A stretch of DNA of 64,000 nucleotides. Source: the human T2T-CHM13v2.0 reference genome, Homo sapiens. A program made the position numbers and the translations under genes. The stretch lies in NCBI RefSeq assembly GCF_009914755.1, contig NC_060936.1. The stretch is one strand, 5' to 3'. Of this stretch, positions 26,098 to 38,920 are shown piece by piece. Position 1 is the stretch's first letter. The number at the start of each line of letters is the position of its first letter. The notes under the pieces were generated by a model that was not told the DNA's origin, did not search any database, and worked only from the letters and a program-made list of their open reading frames with translations.

Positions 26098-28739
26098 GTT
26101 ACCTAGAATTTATTAAGTAAACTGTCATTAACCAACATCTTCTTCACATCAATATGCTTAATAACAGAGCAGAAACTAACCAAGTGCCCACAAACACATC
26201 ATATATACTAGTTGAAAGAAGGAACAAATTCTTGCATGCATGCATATGTGGAATTAGAGTAGGGTTTAACAATAATTTGTGAATAAAATACACTCTTCCT
26301 TTTATTCTTCCCTTGGACAATGTTAACTATGAGGAGAAACTGTAGTGATGAAATAAAAGTCATATTTCACCGTATCTTACTGATGATCAAATACATACAT
26401 TTATTGAGTCCTTATACTGTGAAAATTTAAAGAAATAAGAAGTGCCCAAAGTTCCCTAAATGTATCAGGGCATGGAACTCATGGAAGACATACTTTTCCT
26501 GCTGAAAGTATTATCTACAAGGCGCAAAATATACTTTTTACATGGTGTTGTACAGTGAGTGGTCTGGCTGTTTACCCCAGGCATCATATGTTGCTGTCTG
26601 AAAATGGGAGTATCCTTGGGTGTAAGAACCTATATGGTCAGGTTTTTCTGAAGAAACTCTAGGAAAGCTAGTTCCTTCAGCCCACACAGATTATATGACT
26701 TTCTTTCAGAAAGCCAACTTCTTAATTTATAATCAGTTACAAATTATTATCCTGAGTGTAACAATTCAGGAAAACTAATCATGGCCTATGTGGCTGCTTG
26801 GTGAAAGCATATTAAGAGCAAAGGGAAAGTGTTGCTCCTAAAGAAATTCTCATCTAGCTAGAAATGCCTTCTGATGAATTGGTCTTCGATTTTCTGGGGA
26901 TATTACGTTTGGATTGCAAAGACTGTTCATTCATCCATTGTACTATTCACTTCCTTTTAAAGCATTATTTATTGAGCCACTATAATGCGCTAAACATTAT
27001 GCTAGGCATTAGAAACACAATGATAAATAATACAGACATCGTTTTTGTCTGCATGGGACAATATATTTTAATTGTCATAGTTTCGCTAGTGGACTGCATT
27101 TACTGTTTCCATGAATTAACAACATTTCTCTTTCCTTTGGTTCAGTAGTACTGCTCCTTATTTTCTGTGGTGCTTCTTTCTATAAATGTTTACCAAAATA
27201 TTGCATGTGTCTAATAAAACCTTTTTTGGAAGAATGGCTCAAAGTTTTTCCTAACAGCTTAAAGCATTGTGAATTGAAGTCTTTGATGGCACATACTCTA
27301 AAAACTTAGGCATCATAACGATACAAATCAAAGTGACAGAAAAATGTACCTGAAAAGTATCTGCAAAATGAACACATTTATTTTATAAGGGTCAATGTAC
27401 AATCAAATATTGAGATCTATGTCTTCTTTTACCATGTTTAGAATGAGCCTATGGGATAATTTTCTAAATGCAGAAAAATATTCCAATTTCTCTGGACCAA
27501 TATTTGATCTTATACTTTCTCCTCCTATTCACACCAAATCAAGTGAAATTTGGACTTGCCTGAATTCTATGCACTCATGCCAAAGACACCTATTCTTCTC
27601 GTGACTTCCTTGCCTACCTAGCAGCTTACTAAGATGAAATTGTCTAACTTTGATGAGCACAGTCATAGTTCTTGAGGTTCGCACACATATAAAGTAATTC
27701 ACTGGTTTATGTTAGAAGAAAGAAAGGAAGAAAACCTCCAGTTTCAAGCCACCTTGTATTTTCTGGGTTGATTCTATAGATTTTTATCCAAGGAGTGGGC
27801 TTGTAAAAGAACTGCCTGAGGTGGAAACATATGAAGGCAAAGAGCTACAGAAGTGGCCCTTTATCTAACAACATCACCTCTCAGAAGCCATGACCCCTGT
27901 GAATTTGATAAAAGGAGCTGAATGGCATAATAGCGAAGGGTACAAAAACTAGACATCTGAAGAGACTTTCTTTTTCAAGGATATACCTAACAGACTTTAA
28001 AAATATTCCTTTAATGGGGAGTTTAAAGGAAGTTCCTTCCTATTGTGAGGTCCACGGTTCCTTAGGTAGGTCTTCCCTTTGTCACTTTGGGTGACTTCAA
28101 ATATAATATTGTGACACTGTCTCTAAATTTTAGAGAGGCTTTTCCTTTGCCTTGAAAAGAAATTAGATATTTAGAAAAGACCAATTCTCTGCTTTTAAAC
28201 ACTACATACTTATACTTTCCTATTGGAGGCTGAACTAACATTTAAACATGTTATCATGATGCACATAAATACTGTTGGCAAAGCTTTTATGGCTACCGAT
28301 GACACTATAAAAATATGCCTTCATTTTAGAACTCTAGAGGATTTGTACATCTGCATAAGCTCCAGAGTTCCCCGCTTTGTGGGGGAAGATCTGATGGGGA
28401 AGATGAGATCATTATCTACTTCTATCCTTGTTTAAATTCGTGGGAAGCCTGATTGGAAAGTACTTTTCCTCACTGTAGTTCTGCAGTACCCAGTTTTATT
28501 ACCCTCATAAATCTATTAGACACATATTTGTCCATATAAAGGAATTTTTAGAACAATCATTGTTTCATCATGTATGTTTGGTGTAATATACCTTTCTCAT
28601 ATATTTATGTGGATAAACATTTTATTTTAGTTCCAAGTCTTTCCATTCTAGTTAAACATAGATTGAAAACATGCATAAATAGAATCATTTCAAAGGTCTT
28701 TGGTCTCTCAGTTTTTAAAATTTTACTTCCCCATATGGC

Positions 28740-28920
28740 CGGAGAGTCCTGGTCCAGGCTGGACCCAGGTGGGGACCTGGTTTCTACGTTTCATGCAGGC
28801 CACTTGCTTGCTGTGTAGTGTGACTATGACCAAACCCCTGGACTTCTTGAGACTTCAGTTTCCTTGCCTGTAAAGTGAGAGCTCTTCAAGTTCTTCCAAC
28901 TGTACAAGTCCATGACTTTC
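28740..28920 (+). mobile_element. MIR fragment
   Basis: cacttgcttgctgtgtagtgtgact...gacttcagtttccttgcctgtaaagtgag. Confidence 0.6.
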
Positions 28921-29857
28921 TTTGAGACATTACCAAGATATGCAATACACACTATGTGATTTTATTTGTCCTTCAGCACAATTAAGCACCTCCTGATAGG
29001 AACTTTGTTGTATTCCTTCCTGAGGATTCTTAGAGGTTTCATAGAGTATAGCAAATGTTTCAGACGCTCATTACATCTATGAGGAAAGAGCTCAGATTCA
29101 AGGGAACATAGTCTTTGGCTCTCTGTCATTTGGAGGTAGTTTAATGAAATGTAAAAGAAGAGCTTCCATTCAGGTACGGTTTTACAATAAACTGCTTTTG
29201 GTGGGATAGAAATTCATTCAACATTTGGTTGGACTTAATCGACCTTTTGAAAATGGGGTAGGAAGCAGCACTGTTAGGTTTTAATATATCTGTTTCTACT
29301 GGTGTTTATAAACAAGATTCCATGTGAGAACATTTGGACACTGCACATAAGATGATTATTTTCCTCTATTTGTTTATGCATTCTGCCCTAATTCTAGGCA
29401 CTTAGACTGTATCAATTAAAAAAAAACAAACATCACTTCTTTGGATCTTATATTTTATTGAGGGAGAAGGGGATGCTGACAATTGACAATAGGTGTAATA
29501 AAAATTAAATAATATAGTATAAAATTATATATACGTGTAACAGTGTGTGATAAATGAAATGGGGAAAAGGTAGAAAGAAGAGGGTTAAGGGGATTGGGAT
29601 GTTAGAGGAGAAGTTTTATGATTTTAAATAGGCTTTTCAAGTAGGTTGCATTGAGAAGGTGATATTTGAGCTTGAAGTAAGTAAGTTAGTGTGCTATGTG
29701 GATATTTAGAGAAAAAGTGTTCTAAGCAGAGGGAACAGCAAATGTAAAGATTCCCAAGTTGTACAGTGCCTGGAGTGTGTCAAGATATATCAAGGTGCTA
29801 GGGCGACGGCAGCGGAAGGAACACAGAAGAGGCGAGGGCAGATCACATAGGGCTTTA

Positions 29858-30440
29858 TGCTGAACGTTTTTCATTTGCTTCCCCAGATCCATTCATTTCT
29901 CTTTGCCATTGATAAAAGCTTCACACTGTTGCTAGCCTCAGAGTAGCACACCATGTATATATGATTTTTTAAATGCTCACCCTCACCTTTGTAAACGTTC
30001 TCTGTTAGGGTTTGAATGTTTTTGTCCCCCTAAAGTGCATAGGTTGAAACATAATCCCCAACACAAAAATATTAAGAGGTGGAGACTTCGGGAGCTGATT
30101 AGGTCATGAGGGTGAAGCTGTCATGAATTGGATTAGTTTGCCCTTATAAAAGATGTCTCAGAAAGCTAGTTTTCCCCTTCACCACGTGAGGGTGCCGCGA
30201 GAAGGCAACATCTATGAAGTAGTGGGTGAGTCCTCACCAGACACAGAATCTGCTAGCTCCTTGATCTTGGATTTCCTGGCCCCCTAGTCTCCAGAACTGT
30301 AAGAAATGAGTTTATATTGTTTATAGGATATCCTGTCTATGGTAATTTGTTACAGCAGCCTGAATGGACTAAGGCTTAAACTTTCCTTGATGACCAGTTT
30401 AATTGTGTCACCTATTTTTTTCCAGGGCCCTAAATGATAA
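29858..30440 (+). mobile_element. LTR33-like ERVL LTR remnant split by MLT1A
   Basis: tttgcttccccagatccattc at the 5' side; ttaaactttccttgatgaccagtttaattgtgtcacctatt...cagggccctaaatgata at the 3' side. Confidence 0.5.
30003..30376 (+). mobile_element. MaLR solo LTR (MLT1A-like)
   Basis: tgttagggtttgaatgtttttgtcccc...gattaggtcatgaggg...ctcaccagacacagaatctgct...tctccagaactgtaagaaat...cagcagcctgaatggactaag. Confidence 0.85.
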
Positions 30441-30682
30441 AGGCATTGGAGACCACTGTAAGGATGTTGACATTTATTCTGAATGAGTTGGGGAGAGATG
30501 CAGCGAAGTAGCTTCTAGTCCAAAAGTATCAGCCTGGCCGCTCTGTTGACAATAGTCAGCAAGAGGGTAAGGTTGAAGCAAGGACAACAGTTAGGAGGTG
30601 ACTACTGTAATCCAGGTGAGGCACATGTCATCTGGCTATATAGGCCAGATTATACCCAATGAATTCTAAATGCATCTCATAC

Positions 30683-31004
30683 TTTTTTGTTTGTTTGTTT
30701 TTTGTTTTTTTTGTTGTTGTTGTTGAGACAGAGTCTTGCTCTGTCGCCCAGGCTGGCGTGCAGTGATGCCATCCCAGCTAACTGCAACCTCTGCCTCCTG
30801 GGTCCAAGTGATTCTCTTGCCTCAGCCTCCCAAGCTGGAATTACAGGTGTGTGCCACCATGCCTGGCTAATCTTTTGTATTTTTAGTAGAGATGGGGTTT
30901 CACCATGTTGGCCAGGCTGTTCTCAAATTCCTGACCTCAGGTGATCCACCTGCCTCGGCCTCCCAAAGTGCTAGGATTACAAGTGTAAGCCACTATGTCA
31001 GGTC
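30683..31004 (-). mobile_element. Alu SINE, AluS-type
   Basis: T-rich tail, then gagacagagtcttgctctgtcgcccaggctgg...tcccaaagtgctaggattacaagtgtaagccac. Confidence 0.95.
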
Positions 31005-31879
31005 AGAAAACAAACTTTTATTATGGCCTAAAGTTCAAGATGGCTCTTTAGAAGTAATTTCCCCATGCCAGTTTTGGTTCTTTTGAAGTGAATCCTATGT
31101 ATTGCTGTGAAGATAACTAGTGATTATAAATAGAATTTTAAAAATGGAATTAAATGCCTATCCTTTATGAAATGTCATTCCATTTTTTCTTCATAGGTTA
31201 TTTGCTCTCTTTGTGAATAAAATATATTTTAAACACATTTTTCAGTTTTCCAACAAAAAGTTTTGAATGCCTATATGCTTTTTTTCTAGGCAAACTGTTT
31301 CAAGGTTAGGAAGAATGGGATGGCAGGTGAGGGAGGAACAGATATTAATCAAATATTACATAACTGCATATCAAATTTCAAACTGAAAAGAGCCATGATG
31401 GAAAGATACAGGAGTGTTAAAAGGCTCTAATAAGAAGATCTGTCCTAGCCTCAGGGAATTCTGTGAAGACTTATCTTAGAAAGCAATATAAGTTTTACAA
31501 TTTTATCTATTGTAAAACTTCTACCTATAATAAGCAACAGGCACTTCCACCAAGAATAGGAGTTCCTTCACACTTGGTATAACCAGAATTCTTTTAGGAA
31601 TTCTTCCACTTCATTTATTTGAGAGCAAATAGAGGATACTTACTAGTTTGATTGAAGCAATTGAGGTAGATTCTCATCTACTTTCTCATGGCTGTGTTGT
31701 AGCCCTGAAGTTTGACTTATGTTAGGGCCACTCTCATAGACCCTGTGCCTAGTTATGTGTGTGACTTATTTTCCCCAAGTAAACCATGTTGAGTTTCAAG
31801 AGAAAGGGATGGAATTTCCACATGTTGAGTATAAACTCTGTATAGGCACTGTTCCAGGAATTCAAGTGCATTTGCTCCT

Positions 31880-32660
31880 CTGTCTTTTCCTCACAGCCCA
31901 CATCTAATCTAGTCTGTCAGCACTACTATGAAAAATAGATCCCCAATCTGACAACCTCTGCATTTCCTCTTTAGTTTAACCCACCATCATCTTAAATTTA
32001 GGCTTGTATAATAGACTTCTAATTGGTCTTCTACTCATGTGCCCCCATAATCGGTTCTCCATATGGCAACCAGAGTGAAGTTAAAAAGTTAATCAGAACA
32101 TGTCGCTCCCCCTATTCAAAGTTCTCCAGTGGTTTCCCTTTGCCTTGACAAGAAAATGGAACCCCTTACATAGCCAACAAGGTCCTGGATGATTTAGCCT
32201 TTGATTTTCCACCCGTCTTGTATTGCTTTCAACCTCTCTGACTGTAATCTGGCCTCTTACCATTCTTGGTAAACTCTAAATGAGTTCCTGCCTTGGAGCT
32301 GTTGCACTTGCTGTTGCTTCTGCCTGGCTATGCATATTCTTCACATAGATTATCCCCTAATAATAAATAATGATTTCTTCTCCTTATTCAGGTTTTTCCT
32401 TGGATTCTCAGAGGAGCTTTCAATTCAAAATGCCAAGTTCTACCCTCAATCCCTCATCCATGATTTCTAATACTTTATTTTATTTTTCTTTAAAGCCCTT
32501 ACCACCTTCAATGCAATGTGTATTTATTTGCATATTTTTCTAGACTACAAATTCCATGAGGACACAGACTTTCTTTTTTAAACCAATTCATAGTCTCAGA
32601 ATCAAGCATGTTCTGGTCCATAACACTGCACTATAATATTTATGAATATTTCCAGAATAA
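31880..32660 (+). mobile_element. L2 fragment
   Basis: cagccccacatctaatct...aatagacttctaattggtctt...tagactacaaattccatgaggacacagact. Confidence 0.7.
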
Positions 32661-32859
32661 CTGACTGATGTATCTCCTTCAAACTCTTTGTTTTTGATGA
32701 TCTTGAAAGGCAAGCACAAGAAGTTCAGGACCAGTACAGTTGTTACCCTTGCCTTGTATCCCATGAACATAGTAGACAATCAGCAAATATTTTTTGAATA
32801 ATAAATAAATATAACCATGAACATTAAACTTTGCAAATTGCCATTGAGAGGCAATACAC

Positions 32860-33080
32860 TGTTGTAAGCAAGTGACTGGCTTTGTGGTTAGACTGGACTG
32901 TTTGACTCTTATATCTGCCACTTGCTGTGTCAGATTGAGCAAATCATTTAATCTCTCTGAACCGGGTCTCCTTACCTAAAAAATTAGGCTAATAAGGAGT
33001 AGCCTCATGGGGAGAATTGTTGTGAGAATTAAGTAAAATGGGAAATGTATGCAGCATTGGGTCTCCATGTGTTATCAATA
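32860..33080 (+). mobile_element. MIR SINE
   Basis: tctgccacttgctgtgtcagattgagcaaatcatttaatctctctgaacc...ttgttgtgagaattaagtaa. Confidence 0.8.
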
Positions 33081-33619
33081 AAATAATCCTCCAGCCTGAG
33101 TTAAGTGCCCTCCTCTGCTTGCTAGTGGCCCCTGAGCTTTCCTGTGGCAGAGCAATTATCCTAGTCAATATTTTCTCTTTATGTGTCTACTCTTCTCCAA
33201 GTTTTAAGCATCTGGAGTGCAAGGACTTAACTTTATTAATCTTTAAATTGCCAGAACCAGTACATGGACGGTCCTCAATGCATCTGTTTTGAATTGAATA
33301 GGACTGAATTAGAGGGATAGCCTTTATTTCAGAATAAGGACACTGTGATATTAATCAATGTCAATTTCAGTGAGTCCTTAGTAAGTATTAATAAGAGACA
33401 GGCATCTATCTACAGGTATGTTTGCCAAGTTATTAGCAAAACCTATTCTAGACAAGCTGTAAATGTAGGGTCTTAGTTGTGGTGGTGGTGGTGAAGAGTG
33501 AATGAGGAGGAAGAGAGCAGCACCTACTGGAGGAGGATGTCCCTTGGTGCAGACCTTGTCTCTTTCCCTGCTGCTACTGGCTTTTGCCAAAGCTAGCTTC
33601 CTAAAGGCTCTGGTTGGAT

Positions 33620-33700
33620 CTCTTTTATCAGTTACTAGGTAGAGCCAGTTGTGTCAGCTGAAGTGGTGGAAATTTCTGTTCAACTTATAAATAGTTGAAG
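33620..33700. promoter_or_regulatory. Candidate muscle-type module: GATA, two E-boxes and MEF2/TATA
   Basis: TTATCA at about 33625, CAGTTG at 33646-33651, CAGCTG at 33655-33660, and TTATAAATAG at 33685-33694 (MEF2 consensus YTAWWWWTAR). Confidence 0.4.
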
Positions 33701-34319
33701 AGTCTGTCTTGGTGAAATGTGAAATGAGCAAATATTCCATTTTCTCCCGGGAGGGTGGACCAGGATTCGGTGTATGATGCTGTGATGTCAGCCGTGTCCA
33801 GGCCTCTGTTCATGAGGCTGTACAGCCATAAGTTATTCATATGAACCTAACACACAAAGTCTTAGCCTTACCAAATAATGAGGATTCTTCTCCTGAAGCT
33901 TGCTCCCCTGCTGGAGGCCTCAGTCTGCAAGGTCACCCTGTCAGAAGCAGAAATGGACATCATATCCTTTAGGATTGGTGTACTTTATGAATATGGAAAA
34001 AAAGTGATGCACTGAGCAACTTAATGAAGCTCCAGGAAACTTTATACTCTCTCCTGTGTATCCTGGCTGGATATCAGATGTTGTCTGTGTGTGTGTGTGT
34101 ATTCCTTCTTAATAGCTTTTGTTCATATATTTGGGTTGTTATTCCCTGGTGTCTTTAGTTAAAAGATCTGAGAGAAGAGAAATTTCTTAGAGTGATATTT
34201 AGTTCTGTCACGCACAGTTATTAATATTAAAGGAAATATTATTTCACAGGATAAATGAAGATCTGTAAGTAGCTATTGTTTCTCCTTTTTGGCCTTTGAC
34301 TTGGAGGAGCTCTGGAATC

Positions 34320-34545
34320 TTTATAGTAGACAGTGGAAAAAAAAAATATATATATATGGGTTTTGGAATCAGGTATAGGTTCAAATACCAGGTCTGCCCT
34401 GAGACCATAAGCAGGAAACTTTAGCTTCTCTGAGCTGTATAACAGGGAAAGCCAAGCCCTAGAAAGTTCTTACTATATGACATCACATGCCCAAAGCATC
34501 GAGTACCTGTACTCTGTACAGTGGATGCTTAATAAATGTTAGTTC
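34320..34545 (+). mobile_element. MIR SINE
   Basis: tttggaatcaggtataggttcaaatacc...cagtggatgcttaataaatgttag. Confidence 0.7.
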
Positions 34546-34739
34546 CTTTTCTCCTTCAACTTTTCTCAGAAACAAGATCCTCTTCTTCTTTGTTGACTCA
34601 TTTGAATATTGATTACCTAAGTTTTCTGATTACCTTTCAGGTTATACCTACTGTTCTTAGGACAATGTTCGAACTCCCTTGCATGACCATTTTTAGATTT
34701 CTTGTGTCCTGCTGTACTCCTCATCCACTGGCTGCAGAT

Positions 34740-34990
34740 GCAACTGTGGTATTTTGGATAAGAATTCAGACTTGGAAATTTATTAGTCGGGTTCAAATCC
34801 CAGCTTTGCCACTGACTGCTGTGTGAACTTGGGGTATTCAATCTCTCTGTGGTGCAGTTTTTCTAACCTGTAAAGTAGGGATAGTAATAATTCTTATTTT
34901 GGGAATTGTTATAAAAATTAAATGAACATTTCCATGCAATGAGCTTATAACAGCTGTAATGAGCTTATAACAGGACAAGGCATATTGTAA
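34740..34990 (+). mobile_element. MIR SINE
   Basis: gggttcaaatcccagctttgccactgactgctgtgtgaacttggg...ctgtaaagtagggatagtaataa. Confidence 0.85.
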
Positions 34991-35499
34991 ACATTAAACA
35001 TTTTTAAAAGAGAAAAGTAGTCTTGCAATTAAGTGTGAAGAACCAGGTGTGGACTCAGAATGGGGCAGGGTGCCCACAAACAAGAGGCATAAGAAGATTG
35101 AAAGCACTTTATTACCCTTCAAAAGCTGACAAAACTGAAGAATTCTTGTCTCTATATAAAGTAATATCACTGCAACTTCTCCTCCTTCTCCTCCTCCTAT
35201 GTAGAGTGGGTGAGTTTAGTGACAGACTGTTTTGGAAGGAGCTAGAAATATCAGCTGGAAAAATGCTTGGCAACCACTTTAGAATGATTATCTGACTTTA
35301 GGAGGAAGGGAGAATACTGAGGTATTCCTCTTATCCAAATTTAGAAATGTCATGAAGGCACAATGAATCATCTCTCAGAGGCTCTAAAAACATTTTTCCC
35401 ATACTAGGTGTTGCCTATTGTCTACCATTGCTGGCAGTTCTGAACCTCAGGATCACTCACCAACTCCCAAAGAAGCTACCCAGTTTGGGCAATTACAGG

Positions 35500-35950
35500 A
35501 TCTGCTTCAGGGTTTTCTTTCCCACATTTTGGTGGACGTTGTGTCTGGCTCTCCAACCTCCATCCCACCCCTTGGATCCGTCTAAATCAATCAAGGTTAA
35601 TCTCACCCACCTTGTCAGGCATGAGCTCAGTGTGGGCCTGTGCCATACAAGAAAGGGGACTTGGGAAAAAGAACTCAGCCTTTCTCTCCTGCTGAATGTG
35701 AACAGGGAAGCATGTTGCTCTGATTGCTGCTGGCAGCCATTTCAGGACCAGGTAACCAGCCATAGGAGGAAACAATGCTCTGATGGGCAGCTTGGAGAGA
35801 TGGGAGGAATGGGTCCCTGAGGACATGATTGAGTCCCTGCAGCTGCCCCAACTCTGTAATTCCTCTTTTGCATTTTACTAAATTTCTTTATCATTAAGCT
35901 AGTTTAATTTGAGTTTCTGTTATTTGCAGCCAAAAACATTCTGACCAAAC
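35500..35950 (+). mobile_element. Old MaLR LTR (MLT1J/K-like)
   Basis: gctgctggcagccatt...gggtccctgaggacatgattgag...ttaagctagtttaatttgagtttctgttatttgcagccaaaaacattctgac. Confidence 0.7.
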
Positions 35951-38609
35951 TCACTCATGACACTTCCCTACACTATCTTGTAGGCAGTTATTTATGTCAA
36001 CGTGGGTGTCCCTATTAGGTTGTGCATAACTTGAGGGCAGCAGTCATGTTCCATCCATTTTTTTTCTTTCTTTTAAAACATTTAACGTAGTGTCTTGCAA
36101 ATAGTCACAATTTTACTCTTTTTGATAAATAACAATGTTGAAAGCAATATACTCTGACAGCTTTTGGCCTCACTTAACAGCAGTGAAGCCCCTATTAAAA
36201 AACAGAATTTGCTTTTTTGATCTATAATTATAAAAGCCAATGCTTGGTAGAAATGAATAAAATCATGATCTTTCAGGATCTTTTTAGTGTTGTTCATGCA
36301 ATTGTTGGATATAGAAAATCTTATTACAAATTAAATAATTGAATTATGTTTTCATAACATGCAACCAAGTACACTCCCCCTAGCTTTCCCTCTATAAGGA
36401 CTAATTTCAGGCATCTGTTTGTACAGTGAAGATGAATTTTATTGGTGACAAATGCACTCCTGCATTAACAAATTAAGTGCATTCTCAAAGGGGAAAAAAC
36501 AAACTCAGAGAAAATTGGGTTGTCTGTTCTTAAAGTCTAAAAAAGGACTTCTGTCCTCGGGGGACATTCGGCATTTTTGTAATCACATAGAAAGAAAAAC
36601 ATGTGCCTCTTGGGTATAGCATTAAAATAAATTAATTTTGCTGCCTTATTCATAATGGCTAACGGCAAATTGGGAGTGTTTATTTCTAGACTCTTCTTGC
36701 TCATAAAACCAGGTTTTCTTATGACCGCCTTCTCACTGAAGATGAATAGCTGTGTTAACTTATAGAAGATGAAGAATGTAGTCCCTGTTCCTCCACTTGT
36801 GGCTTATTAATAATAGGTGAGTTGTCATGGGGACTAACAGGACCCTAAAGCCTCAGGATCTTGAATTCATATCGCTAGAACATCATCCTCTATTTTCTTC
36901 TCAGTTGTTCTTGGGATGCAAAATGTCTTCTACACCTTGGAGAAATGCTGCCTTGTGAACAGACTCTGGAGACAGTTGTTATCATTTCCCTCTTTCCAGC
37001 ACAACTTGTGGTCATTCTCCCCCCATCCTGGCTGCTTTCTCCTAGCCTACACCAGGGTTTCCTTCACTTGTTCTTCCCAGATTAGCCTGTCTGCACATTC
37101 ACTCGCCTGAAATCCTAGAAAATTTACTCACCCTTAAATATTTCTTTGGTGTTCTCCAAGATGGGTGTGGAGAGGCACCAATCTGTGGCAGGTATAGGTT
37201 AACATATATATAGTAGCTTCCAGTTAGATGGGGTGGCTATGGATTTCCATTGTTTTCCAATACAGAGTCTCATAATGTTAAATACTTGACTTTCACGATG
37301 TTGTAAGTATTGGAGAGGTGTGAATGACCTCTGCAATCACTGAGAAATTCTTAAGAATGGCAATTCTTCCCTGAATTTTACCAGCTGGAAATCTTATTTC
37401 ATAAAGAAATGTTGCAATAATTGGAGGAAACCGTAATATTTTCTTACAAAAGAAATATGCTTTTGTAAATAAATAGCTGCCATGTGACCACAAGTAGATT
37501 TGTACAAGTCTAGAAATATTTTGAGGGCTCATAGATATGATTGTTGCTTTTGTGTTCCCTTTGATTTTTTTTTCTAAATTTATTAACAGTTATGGCATTT
37601 AGCTAAGAAACAATATTATCTAAGCCTATTTTGTAAATAGCCACATGTCCCATCGCCCAAGGTAAATAATTCTATCAGGTTGATTGCAGAATCCAGGTTT
37701 GTTTGTTTTTAAAATCTATTTAATTACATTGGACTTGTCTGATGGAATAGTTTTTATTTGCAAGACAGAGTTATGCATGGGAGAAACCAGAATAATCATA
37801 CTTATAAGAGAAATTTGGGACAAAATACTAAACTAAGCTTCTTTTTTGAACTGCTCCCTAACATCTTGTCAGTTAGAAAACGGCTGAGTTGTAGCTGAAA
37901 TGATGGATTCTTTTGCCTTGTCCTACCATGGGGCAGAAGTAAGGGGTTGAACATGAGAGACGAGTCTCACAAGGAAGAGACTGTTGTTTGCAGAGATATT
38001 CTGATTCAAAAGAATTCTTTATGTTCCAAGGAGAAACTGTTCTTTGGTAAAAATACTAATATGCGTCTTGAAACCATTTTTCTAACCTTTAGGTTAAATT
38101 TTAAATCAAGACTATGGAAAAAGAGGGTTGTCTTTTCATAACATATTTTTGCCCCCTAATCTGTCCTCCTGTTAGTTTTAAACATGATTAACCGTTTGAC
38201 ATAACTACCCAAATGACAGAGTGTTTGTATTAAATACATATTACAATTTATTTTCCCATATATAATTAGGAATAATCATTGCTGCCAGAATATAAAATGA
38301 CACATCAATGATAAGTAGAGATAATAGCAGCTGCACACAAGAAAATGCATCTAAACACCTGAAGATTATAATTATATCTCTCTCCCACCCCTTATGTTTG
38401 TGTCATGATGCATCTTAGGTGGCATAGACCTTAGGTAGTCATTAAAGTCACGTGAGTATTCTACTAGTATCTACTGCAAATATATAGGTATCCCTTGAGC
38501 ATATGCTTTTTCAATATTGAAAAATATCAATAACTGAGATAATAGGGAGTGCATTTTACCAAAATGAGAGCTCTCCTTAGGAATCTTAAGTTATACATCA
38601 TCTTTGTAA

Positions 38610-38920
38610 TTCATTGAATTCAATTGAATACCCACTCTGTGCTAAGTACACTACTAGTCACTTTGGAGGACACACAGAAGAACCACTGCTTCCCTTCAAG
38701 AGAGTTACAATCTCTGTTGGAGGTGGAGACAGGACAAGACAGAGCAAGGAAGAACAATTAATATCACACTTGTCTAATTTTTCTAAGTTGTATAGTTTCG
38801 AGAGTTTATGTGTTGTAGGAATTTGGAGAGAGGAAGTCAGGAGGGATGTGTAGAAGATGTAAGCTTGAGCTGAATTTTGAAGGTTAAGCGAATTTATATA
38901 GGTATAGATAGGTATCAGAG
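38610..38920 (-). mobile_element. L2 fragment
   Basis: attcaattgaatacccactctgtgctaagtac...cccttcaagagagttacaatct...ttgagctgaattttgaagg. Confidence 0.65.

Larger units (their letters stand above)
29380..30650 (-). mobile_element. L2 fragment hosting nested LTRs
   Basis: gagaaggtgatatttgagcttgaag...agcagagggaacagcaaatgtaaaga...gcagatcacatagggcttt; resumes as accactgtaaggatgttgacatttattctgaatgag...gtaatccaggtgag. Confidence 0.75.

Noticed and set aside
35428-35826. Longest ORF in the track (130 aa)
   Set aside because: It lies within an MLT1 LTR, has a non-ATG start and shows no protein-like features.
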